The notes under the pieces were generated by a model that made no database searches, was not told where the DNA came from, and was given only the letters and a program-made list of their open reading frames with translations. Positions 56,948 through 64,000 of a stretch of DNA of 64,000 nt are shown piece after piece. Origin of the DNA: Clostridium sp. (GTDB taxonomy: Bacteria > Bacillota > Clostridia > Clostridiales > Clostridiaceae); the NCBI RefSeq assembly GCF_050717535.1, contig NZ_JBOITM010000084.1, forward strand, positions 1,067 to 65,066. Reading direction: 5' to 3'. The position numbers and the translations under genes are program-made. The first letter of the stretch is position 1, and every line of letters begins with the position of its first letter.

Positions 56948-57433
56948 TTAATATCCATTATCTTGTCTTTCATGATTAATGTTGTTTTTATATAAGTATG
57001 CATTTTGAATATCTTCTTTGGAAAATCCTAAATTTTCGCCTAAGCACAAGAAATTCTGAAAAATGTTAAGATAGTTATCTAATGAAGAACAAATTACAAA
57101 TTCTGAAATGTTTATATATAAATCTAAGAATTGTTCGGATAATTCGTCATCAATGTGTTTTACACTTAAAGTAATATCTTCAAAGCCTTTTTCTAATCCA
57201 ATGCTTAAAATAAAATGTATACAATCCACATACTCCTCAAGAATCATATTCTTACTTGAAGGTTTTTTTGTACTCCAAAATTTGAAACAACGAGTTTCAT
57301 TTGCAAGTTCGCCAAGTTCCACTTGAAGAGATAGTATTTTTTTTCGTAACAACGGAATTCCAGCTAGAGTATGTTCTGATTCAATTCGTTTATCTAAAGC
57401 ATCTTGCATTTCAAACAATTTTTGTAAGTCCAT
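56948..57433 (-). CDS. Dimeric (all-alpha) dUTPase
   Basis: MQ..LD..I, VELGELANE.RCFK.WS, LEEYVD..HF.LSIG motifs. Confidence 0.92.
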   Translation of the reverse strand: MDLQKLFEMQDALDKRIESEHTLAGIPLLRKKILSLQVELGELANETRCFKFWSTKKPSSKNMILEEYVDCIHFILSIGLEKGFEDITLSVKHIDDELSEQFLDLYINISEFVICSSLDNYLNIFQNFLCLGENLGFSKEDIQNAYLYKNNINHERQDNGY

Positions 57434-57473
57434 TTTTAAACCGCCTTTTCCTTTGATTATGTATATGCATTTT

Positions 57474-58022
57474 TTATAAAGTATATTTTTTAACTACCAT
57501 TTCAGCAGAATTATTTATAGGTTTCCATAGTTCAATAGAATTTACTCTTATAGTTTTTGAGAAATTTTCATCTTTGGCTAGACTGCAAGCAGATAAATAT
57601 TCGCTGTCAGACCATTCTCTATCAGCAAAATTCGTATTAGCTAGTGAAATATGTAAATTCCAATTTTCAATATGTTCTCTTACCACAAATCCTTGTGAAT
57701 TTAAAATAGAGTTTAAATTTTTAGATAACTCATAAACAGTACCTTTATTTTCAATGTTTAAATTTACAGATTTATATGGAGGGGCAAAACAAATTACACC
57801 GTTTAATTCAACTTCAAACTCAACATAGTCCAAAAGGATTTTTTTTAAACAATCATCTAAATTCTGAAGGTCTGGATCAGTTATTATCTCTAGAGTTATG
57901 TGAAGTTTAGGTAAATCTGTGGTAGGGTTGTATAAACTATACTTTTCACAAATTGACTTTTGCAATGATTCTATATGTTTATAAGAAACTATATCAAATA
58001 ATCCAACTAAGTAGTAAGTCAT
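57474..58022 (-). CDS. 2H phosphoesterase (2'-5' RNA ligase superfamily), both HxT/S motifs intact
   Basis: LHITL and LHISL motifs about 80 aa apart. Confidence 0.85.
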   Translation of the reverse strand: MTYYLVGLFDIVSYKHIESLQKSICEKYSLYNPTTDLPKLHITLEIITDPDLQNLDDCLKKILLDYVEFEVELNGVICFAPPYKSVNLNIENKGTVYELSKNLNSILNSQGFVVREHIENWNLHISLANTNFADREWSDSEYLSACSLAKDENFSKTIRVNSIELWKPINNSAEMVVKKYTL

Positions 58023-58060
58023 TTTTATCACCTTTCAATTTAAAGCATATTTTATGGTTT

Positions 58061-58609
58061 TTAGTATTCTCTTAGATTATAAGTTTTAACTACCATTTCT
58101 TTTTTATTACTAACCTGTTTCCATAATTCAAGCCTAGTAACCTTTGCAAATTTAAAAAAATCATCCTTATCTAAAGTAGAATCAATACAAATTGATCCTC
58201 CATTAGATGATTTTTTAATGATGTGATTGGCATTAGCTAGTAAAATGCGTAAATCAATATTATCGCCTTCGCTCTTAACATTAAATCCATGTAAATCTAA
58301 GGTATCAGTAATTATTCTTGCTAATCGATAAATATACCCTTTGTCTTCAACCTTAAGATTAACTTGACTAAAGTTTTCACTTAAATTAATAGCATTATTT
58401 ATGTTAACTTTGAAATTTTTATAAGGAACCATGATTTTAGAAATAACAACATCTAATTTTTCTAAATCGGGGTTAGTTATAGAACTTATACATATATAAA
58501 GATTAGGAGAGCTTTTGTATAGTTTATATTTTCTACAAATATCTCTTTGTATATTTTGTATTGTGGTATTAGATCCGTCATCAAATAAAGCAACTAAAAA
58601 ATATTTCAT
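58061..58609 (-). CDS. 2H phosphoesterase paralog with both catalytic His lost
   Basis: Collinear with the neighbour (Y..V.LFD, I..IQ..IC.KY.LY, ELWK.V.N..EMVVK.Y.L) but LYICI and LRILL replace the HxT motifs; ggagg RBS before ATG 58609. Confidence 0.75.
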   Translation of the reverse strand: MKYFLVALFDDGSNTTIQNIQRDICRKYKLYKSSPNLYICISSITNPDLEKLDVVISKIMVPYKNFKVNINNAINLSENFSQVNLKVEDKGYIYRLARIITDTLDLHGFNVKSEGDNIDLRILLANANHIIKKSSNGGSICIDSTLDKDDFFKFAKVTRLELWKQVSNKKEMVVKTYNLREY

Positions 58610-58799
58610 ATTTTTCCTCCGAATAAAATTAATAACCAAGATTGGTTAACGTTATTTTGATTAAATTATAAATATATTATAACATAATTTTTGAGTTTTG
58701 TATTTTCCATGTAAATTTATGTATACACTTATTTTTAGCATAATTAATATTATTTATGTGAATAATAACTTTGTAATAAATTAAGGAGGTGCTTTTCAA

Positions 58800-58958
58800 A
58801 TGGAGCATAATAATAGTATTGGGTGTACAGTAACTGAATGTAAATTTCATTGTCAGCATGATAATTATTGTACTTTAAACAAAATCGAAGTCATAAAACA
58901 TGAAAGTGTTGCCAAAACAGTAGAATGTACAGACTGTGCAAGTTTTAAAACATTATAA
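58800..58958 (+). CDS. DUF1540-like small Cys-rich protein (52 aa)
   Basis: Not in track. MEHNNSIGCTVTECKFHCQHDNYCTLNKIEVIKHESVAKTVECTDCASFKTL*; aggagg RBS; IGC.V..C.FH....YC....I.V...TDC.SF pattern. Confidence 0.85.
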   Translation: MEHNNSIGCTVTECKFHCQHDNYCTLNKIEVIKHESVAKTVECTDCASFKTL

Positions 58959-58987
58959 TAATATAAAAATCATTAGCTAAAAAGCTG

Positions 58988-59077
58988 GTCACTGAAAAAA
59001 ACTTTTTTTCAGTGACGTATTCAAACTTAAACAGAAAAAGCATGAAATATTCATATTTTGAATATTTCATGCTTTTT
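58988..59077. terminator. Two back-to-back perfect inverted repeats
   Basis: gtcactgaaaaaa/ttttttcagtgac (58988-59016) and aaaaagcatgaaatattca/tgaatatttcatgcttttt (59035-59077). Confidence 0.75.
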
Positions 59078-59544
59078 AACTTAATTATTCTCTTTGGATT
59101 TGACCAACAACTTTCTTAGAATAAGCGGCATCTTATATCCAATAACTTCTTTAACCATAACATTAGCTTCTCTTTTTTTAATTAAGGTTGGGATTTCATC
59201 CTCATCTTTTGATAGTTTTACATTTTCTATGTGATTATTAATAGCTTCATTTAAATAGTTTAATTTAATAGAACTAATGATTTTTATATTATTATGAAAA
59301 AGATAAGCTTGATTTTAAAAACACGTGGATTTAATAAAACAATTTAGTTTCACATTTTTAAAATAAATGTGAAATGTAATTTAAATATGTTATAATAACA
59401 TGTATATAAAAAATAAAAATAATTTTAATATGTTATTAGGTCAATTATCCACTATCCTAAAGGGATAGTGATTTTATACTTGAATTTATAAAGATAAAAA
59501 TAAAAATAATGAAATATATAATATATAGTGAGGATGATACAAAA

Positions 59545-60801
59545 ATGGATAAATTAGTAATTAACGGAGGTCAACCTCTAATTGGTCAAGTAGAAATAAG
59601 CGGTGCAAAAAATGCAGCAGTAGCAATTTTACCAATAGCAATAATTGCAAGTAGGGGTAGATGTATCATTGAAAATATTCCTGATATAGAAGATGTAAAC
59701 TGTATCGAAAGAATATTGGAGAGTTTAGGTTGTAAAATTAAAAGAGAAAAAGATTCAGTTTCTATAGATAGTACAAACATAAATAGTATGGATGCTAATT
59801 CAGAAGATGTAAGAGCAATGAGAGCATCATATTATTTGATTGGTGCACTTTTAGCTAGATTTAAAAGAGCTAAAGTAGATTTGCCAGGGGGTTGCCCAAT
59901 AGGGGTAAGACCTATAGACCAACATATAAAAGGGTTCGAGGCACTTGGAGCAACTGTAACTATTGAGAATGGTGCTGTAAATGTTCAGGCAGATAGACTA
60001 ATTGGAACTAGTATTTACTTTGATGTTGTCAGTGTTGGTGCAACCATAAATGTAATGGCTGCAGCAACACTTGCAGAAGGTACAACTATTTTAGAAAATT
60101 CTGCAAAAGAACCCCATGTAGTTGACGTAGCTAACTTTTTAAACTCAATGGGAGCTAATGTTAAAGGCGCAGGTACTGATGTTATAAGAATAATAGGGGT
60201 AAAAGAATTAACAGGATGTAGTTACAGTGTAATTCCAGATCAAATTGAGGCGGGTACTTTTATGATAGCAGCCGCTGCTTGTGGTGGAGAAGTAACTGTA
60301 AATAATGTTATCCCAAAACATCTTGAGTCAATTTCTGCAAAACTTATGGAAATGGGAGCAGAGGTACATGAAGGTGGAGACAGTGTTACGGTTAAATCTA
60401 GTGGAAGACTTAAGGCTGTAAATATTAAGACCCTTCCTTACCCTGGATTTCCAACGGATGTGCAACAACCAATGAATACATTGTTGTGTATTTCTGAGGG
60501 TAGAAGCATAATAAATGAAAGCATCTGGGAAGCTAGATTTAAACATGTGGATGAACTTATAAAAATGGGTGCTAAGCTAAAAGTTGAAGGAAGTGTAGTT
60601 ACAGTAGATGGTGTAGATAGGCTTACTGGAGCCGTGGTAATAGCATCTGATTTAAGAGCAGGGGCAGCATTAGTTATAGCGGGACTTATAGCAGAAGGTA
60701 CTACTGAAATTTTAGGAATAGAACACATTGATAGAGGATATCCCAATATTGAAGAAAAATTTAGGAGGATAGGGGCAGATATAAGTAGAGTTAAGGGATA
60801 A
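59545..60801 (+). CDS. murA: UDP-N-acetylglucosamine 1-carboxyvinyltransferase
   Basis: SGAKNA, MRASY, LPGGC.IG.RPID.H (Cys retained), PYPGFPTD.Q motifs; start moved to the ATG after gagga. Confidence 0.97.
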   Translation: MDKLVINGGQPLIGQVEISGAKNAAVAILPIAIIASRGRCIIENIPDIEDVNCIERILESLGCKIKREKDSVSIDSTNINSMDANSEDVRAMRASYYLIGALLARFKRAKVDLPGGCPIGVRPIDQHIKGFEALGATVTIENGAVNVQADRLIGTSIYFDVVSVGATINVMAAATLAEGTTILENSAKEPHVVDVANFLNSMGANVKGAGTDVIRIIGVKELTGCSYSVIPDQIEAGTFMIAAAACGGEVTVNNVIPKHLESISAKLMEMGAEVHEGGDSVTVKSSGRLKAVNIKTLPYPGFPTDVQQPMNTLLCISEGRSIINESIWEARFKHVDELIKMGAKLKVEGSVVTVDGVDRLTGAVVIASDLRAGAALVIAGLIAEGTTEILGIEHIDRGYPNIEEKFRRIGADISRVKG

Positions 60802-60826
60802 CAATATAAAATTAAAGGAGACAATT

Positions 60827-61612
60827 ATGATTTTTTGTCCATTATATAGTGGGAGTAGTGGAAATAGTGTATTTGTAGCTTCACAAGAAACAAAAATTTT
60901 AGTGGATGTTGGGATGCCAGGAAAAAGCATTGAAAGTGCTCTTAAACATATTGATCAAAATCCTAATGATATTGATGGTATTTTTATTACTCATGAACAT
61001 TCTGACCACATAAAAGGTGCAGGAATTGTTTCTAGAAGATATAACATACCAATATATGCGAATGAAGATACTTGGAAAGCTATGAAAAGTAAAATAGGTA
61101 ATATAAAAGAACATAATATAAAAATTATTAATAATAATTTTGTGGATATAAATGATATGCATATAGTAAACTATAATATATCACATGATGCTGTGGCACC
61201 TATAGGGTATGCTTTTTATAGTGGTAAAAAGAAGGCTTGTATAGCTACAGATTTAGGCTATTTTTCTGATGAAGTAAAGAATATAATAAAAGATGCAGAT
61301 GTAATTCTACTGGAGAGTAATCATGATGTTGAAATGGTAAAGTTTGGGCCATATCCTTATCCTTTAAAAAGAAGAATATTAAGTGATGTGGGTCATTTAT
61401 CAAACGATGCATGTGGTCAAGCTATAGTAGATATAATGAATGATAAACAAAAGCATATTATTCTAGGTCATTTAAGTAAAACAAATAATTTCCCTGATTT
61501 AGCCTATCAGACAGTAATAAATATACTTAAAGATAATTATATTGAAATCGGAAGGGACATTTCTTTGAATTTAGCTAGGAGGGACATGCCAAGTGATGTA
61601 ATTGATTTTTGA
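60827..61612 (+). CDS. yycJ: MBL-fold metallo-hydrolase (YycJ/WalJ-like)
   Basis: SGSSGN, THEHSDH, SHDA, LESNHD, GHLSN, HLS..NN motifs. Confidence 0.92.
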   Translation: MIFCPLYSGSSGNSVFVASQETKILVDVGMPGKSIESALKHIDQNPNDIDGIFITHEHSDHIKGAGIVSRRYNIPIYANEDTWKAMKSKIGNIKEHNIKIINNNFVDINDMHIVNYNISHDAVAPIGYAFYSGKKKACIATDLGYFSDEVKNIIKDADVILLESNHDVEMVKFGPYPYPLKRRILSDVGHLSNDACGQAIVDIMNDKQKHIILGHLSKTNNFPDLAYQTVINILKDNYIEIGRDISLNLARRDMPSDVIDF

Positions 61613-61626
61613 AGGAGAGGTCAAAT

Positions 61627-62190
61627 ATGAAAAAAGCAATAAAAATATTATTATGTTCATTGCTAATTGTTTCAACAGTATCGTTTTTGGGGTGCGAAAA
61701 AAAGAATCAAAAGAGTGTTACAAATAAAGAAAAACTTGAAAATCTGACACTTCCTCTAGAGAAAGATGACTTCATCCAAGTAGGTATTTATTTTGATGGT
61801 ACTAAAGATGATTCTAATGTGCAAGTAGTTAAAGAAGAGAGAATCATCAATAAAGAAGAGCTTATTGGCGAAATTATTATGCAAGAAATTATAAAAGGAC
61901 CTAGTGTAAAAAGTGGACTAAAACCAATACTGCCCAAAGAAACTAGGCTATTAAGTTTTTCTATTAAAGATAGTATTGCCTATGTTAATTTAAGTAAAGA
62001 AGCTAAAACAACTATGTCAATCGCAAAAGAAAAAAGTTGTTTAGAAAGTATAGCTTCGTCACTTATTCAATTACCATCTGTAGTAAAAGTAAAAATAAAA
62101 ATGGAAAATAAGGATATAGATACTTTGGGTGGAAACTTCAATATATCCAAGCCCTTTAGTAAAGGGGAAGTAGTACCTATCAAAAAATAG
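61627..62190 (+). CDS. GerMN-domain lipoprotein
   Basis: Lipobox FLGC; L.KGP......LP..T.LL......IAYVNLS. Confidence 0.85.
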   Translation: MKKAIKILLCSLLIVSTVSFLGCEKKNQKSVTNKEKLENLTLPLEKDDFIQVGIYFDGTKDDSNVQVVKEERIINKEELIGEIIMQEIIKGPSVKSGLKPILPKETRLLSFSIKDSIAYVNLSKEAKTTMSIAKEKSCLESIASSLIQLPSVVKVKIKMENKDIDTLGGNFNISKPFSKGEVVPIKK

Positions 62191-62314
62191 GTGCTTAACT
62201 GTAAAAAGTGCATTTTATTTAAGAGTTTTAAACATATATGTTGAAAATTAATGAAATATTTATTATAATAACGTTATATAACAAAATACATTATCATTCG
62301 AAGGAGACTAGATC

Positions 62315-62812
62315 ATGAGTTTATATAAAGAGTGGACAGATATGGTGGTTGACTATGTTAAACGTAGAGGAGAACCTGCATTTTGGCAAGAATACGGAGA
62401 AGTAGAAAAACGCATATACACTAAATTATTATCAAACCATAAAGACGAATTTAAAGGTACCATAGAAGAACTTGCAAAACGTTTTGATGTATCTACAATT
62501 TATTTTATGGGATTTACTGATGGAATAAACGACAGTCTTTTAAAAACTATAGTACTAGAAGAAACTGAGACTGATACTGAAGTAGAATTTAAAATAGACT
62601 ATGAAAAACTTTATTTCAATATGTTAGATGCAAAAGCAGATTATTTATATGAACTTCCTCAATGGGAAGGTATTTTCTCTAAAGAAAAAAGAAAAGAAAT
62701 TCAAAAGGCTTATAAAGATTCCAAAACAGTAGTTAATACTGAGAAAATTGGAAGAAATGACTTATGCCCTTGCGGAAGCGGTAAAAAATATAAAAAATGT
62801 TGTGGAAAATAA
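62315..62812 (+). CDS. SEC-C metal-binding domain protein
   Basis: C-terminal [18 protein letters not shown]. Confidence 0.92.
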   Translation: MSLYKEWTDMVVDYVKRRGEPAFWQEYGEVEKRIYTKLLSNHKDEFKGTIEELAKRFDVSTIYFMGFTDGINDSLLKTIVLEETETDTEVEFKIDYEKLYFNMLDAKADYLYELPQWEGIFSKEKRKEIQKAYKDSKTVVNTEKIGRNDLCPCGSGKKYKKCCGK

Positions 62813-62949
62813 TTCGCGCATAACTATATAAAATTATAAATGCATTATAATAAATGAAACTTTGCACTATTGTGGAAGGTTTTATTTACTTTTTTGATTT
62901 TTTTAATTAATTATAGACAAAATAATAAAACATAGATACATAAAAAATA

Positions 62950-62978
62950 TTGACCGATATGGTCAAAAATGATATAAT
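62950..62978 (+). promoter_or_regulatory. SigA promoter with palindromic (TetR-type) operator over the -35
   Basis: TTGACC(62950)-17 bp-TATAAT(62973) with extended TG; ttgacc-gatat-ggtcaa palindrome at 62950-62966. Confidence 0.8.
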
Positions 62979-63040
62979 ACTTTTATTAAAGTACTATAAT
63001 AATATTTAGGTAATTATAAATTAGGAAGTGCGGTGAATTT

Positions 63041-63664
63041 ATGTTTTCAAAGTTCTTAAACTTAAAACCAGAAAAACAAGAGAGAATATTACAGGCAGTC
63101 ATTAAAGAATTTGCAGATAAAGGCTTTGATAAAGCATCTACAAATGACATTGTGAAAGAAGCAGGAATATCAAAGGGAATTTTATTTCATTATTTCCAAA
63201 ACAAAAAAACACTATTCTTGTTTGTGTTTGATTACTGCGTGAAGATCTGTATGGATGAATTTAATGAAAAGGTTGATGAAAAAGAAAATGATATTTTCGG
63301 AAAATTACGTCAAATATCTTCCTTTAAACTGGAGCTCTTGTACAAATATCCTAGTATTTTTAAATTTTTAGAAACTGCCATAGGTGAGGGTTGTAGTGAG
63401 GTAAAAAGTGAAATAGAAGAAAAAAAGAAAGTGCTTTCTGATAGTAACTACAGTAAAGTATTTAATAATATTGATAAAACGAAATTTCGTGATGGTGTTG
63501 ATGTAAGTAGGGTCATCAATATTATAATGTGGACACTTGACGGGTTTGGCACAAGCGAACTACAAAAGGCAAAAGCATCTGCAGCTAAACAAATGGACTA
63601 TGAAAAAGTTTTTCAAGAGATGGATAGTTATATAGATATATTTAAAGATAGTTTTTATAAATAG
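63041..63664 (+). CDS. TetR/AcrR family regulator
   Basis: F..KGF..AST..I..EAGISKG.LFHYF..K..L HTH. Confidence 0.95.
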   Translation: MFSKFLNLKPEKQERILQAVIKEFADKGFDKASTNDIVKEAGISKGILFHYFQNKKTLFLFVFDYCVKICMDEFNEKVDEKENDIFGKLRQISSFKLELLYKYPSIFKFLETAIGEGCSEVKSEIEEKKKVLSDSNYSKVFNNIDKTKFRDGVDVSRVINIIMWTLDGFGTSELQKAKASAAKQMDYEKVFQEMDSYIDIFKDSFYK

Positions 63665-63726
63665 TAATAAGGCTTCCGAAAGTATTTTTAAGTGAGCACA
63701 AAATAAATTCCATGGGAGGTTAAAAT

Positions 63727-64000
63727 ATGAATGTTATTGAAATTAAGAATTTGACTAAAAGTTACGGGAAGGCAAGAGGAATTATAGATGTGAGTTTTGA
63801 TGTTGAGCAGGGAGAAATTTTTGGGTTTATTGGACCTAATGGTGCCGGCAAATCAACACTAATAAGAACACTATTAGCTCTTATTTATCCGACTTCTGGC
63901 AGTGCTACAATTTTTGGTAAGGACTGTGTGAAATTTGGACCGGAGATAAAAAAAGAAATAGGATATCTACCCTCAGAGGTTTTTTATTATGACAATATGA
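63727..64000 (+). CDS. ABC transporter ATP-binding protein (3' partial)
   Basis: Not in track. gggagg RBS, MNVIEIKNLTKSYG...GFIGPNGAGKST, runs off the window end. Confidence 0.92.
   Translation, partial: MNVIEIKNLTKSYGKARGIIDVSFDVEQGEIFGFIGPNGAGKSTLIRTLLALIYPTSGSATIFGKDCVKFGPEIKKEIGYLPSEVFYYDNM

Noticed and set aside
58677-58859. Track ORF on the minus strand
   Set aside because: Overlaps the better-supported plus-strand DUF1540-like gene and its RBS.
59445-59453. DnaA-box-like TTATCCACT
   Set aside because: Single 8/9 match overlapping a leader hairpin; no cluster suggesting an origin or regulon site.
1246-61162. Many 60-195 aa track ORFs antisense to or nested in large genes (e.g. 1246-1452, 4374-4688, 21861-22388, 29180-29563, 29702-30289, 33115-33444, 60438-60824)
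   Set aside because: They lie wholly over well-supported genes, lack RBSs and motifs, and have the Ser/Ile/Phe/Leu bias of antisense shadows of AT-rich coding DNA.
1-64000. tRNA, rRNA, T-box or other named riboswitches
   Set aside because: No cloverleaf, rRNA-like or T-box (AGGGTGGNACCGCG) signatures seen by eye; an Infernal/tRNAscan run would be needed to exclude divergent elements.

Overview
AT-rich, low-GC Firmicute chromosome segment, Clostridium-like by gene content (inferred, not searched). No rRNA, tRNA, CRISPR array, integrase or transposase was recognised. Order: partial cell-wall 5'-nucleotidase; dnaD/dnaC-like pair; M23 peptidase; a patch of small accessory genes (about 5.3-13.3 kb); corA; a complete fatty-acid synthesis cluster (FabX-like flavoprotein, MarR/FabT regulator, fabH-acpP-fabK-fabD-fabG-fabF-accB-fabZ-accC-accD-accA, degV); proC; a BlaI + BlaR1-type M56 peptidase with a SpoIIP-like outer domain; a secreted protein/ABC/two-component operon; a LexA-boxed small gene; an HD-GYP protein; CapA; SEC-C-MetAP; a 1.8-kaa pseudokinase-STAND-TPR-GAF-GGDEF-GAF protein; M16C peptidase, D-2-hydroxyacid dehydrogenase and cinA, with a local GC-rich REP-like repeat in the gaps around them; hom; ferritin; S8 protease; LysR; DMT; dimeric dUTPase with two 2H-phosphoesterase paralogs; murA, yycJ, GerMN, SEC-C, TetR and a partial ABC ATPase. 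Best leads: the STAND-GGDEF protein, the BlaR1-SpoIIP sensor, the REP-like repeat, the alternative-fold RNA between acpP and fabK, the SOS-boxed YciI-like gene and the FabX-like gene. Several small ORFs and pseudogene relics missing from the ORF track were read by hand. All family assignments rest on motif recognition; no database search was run.
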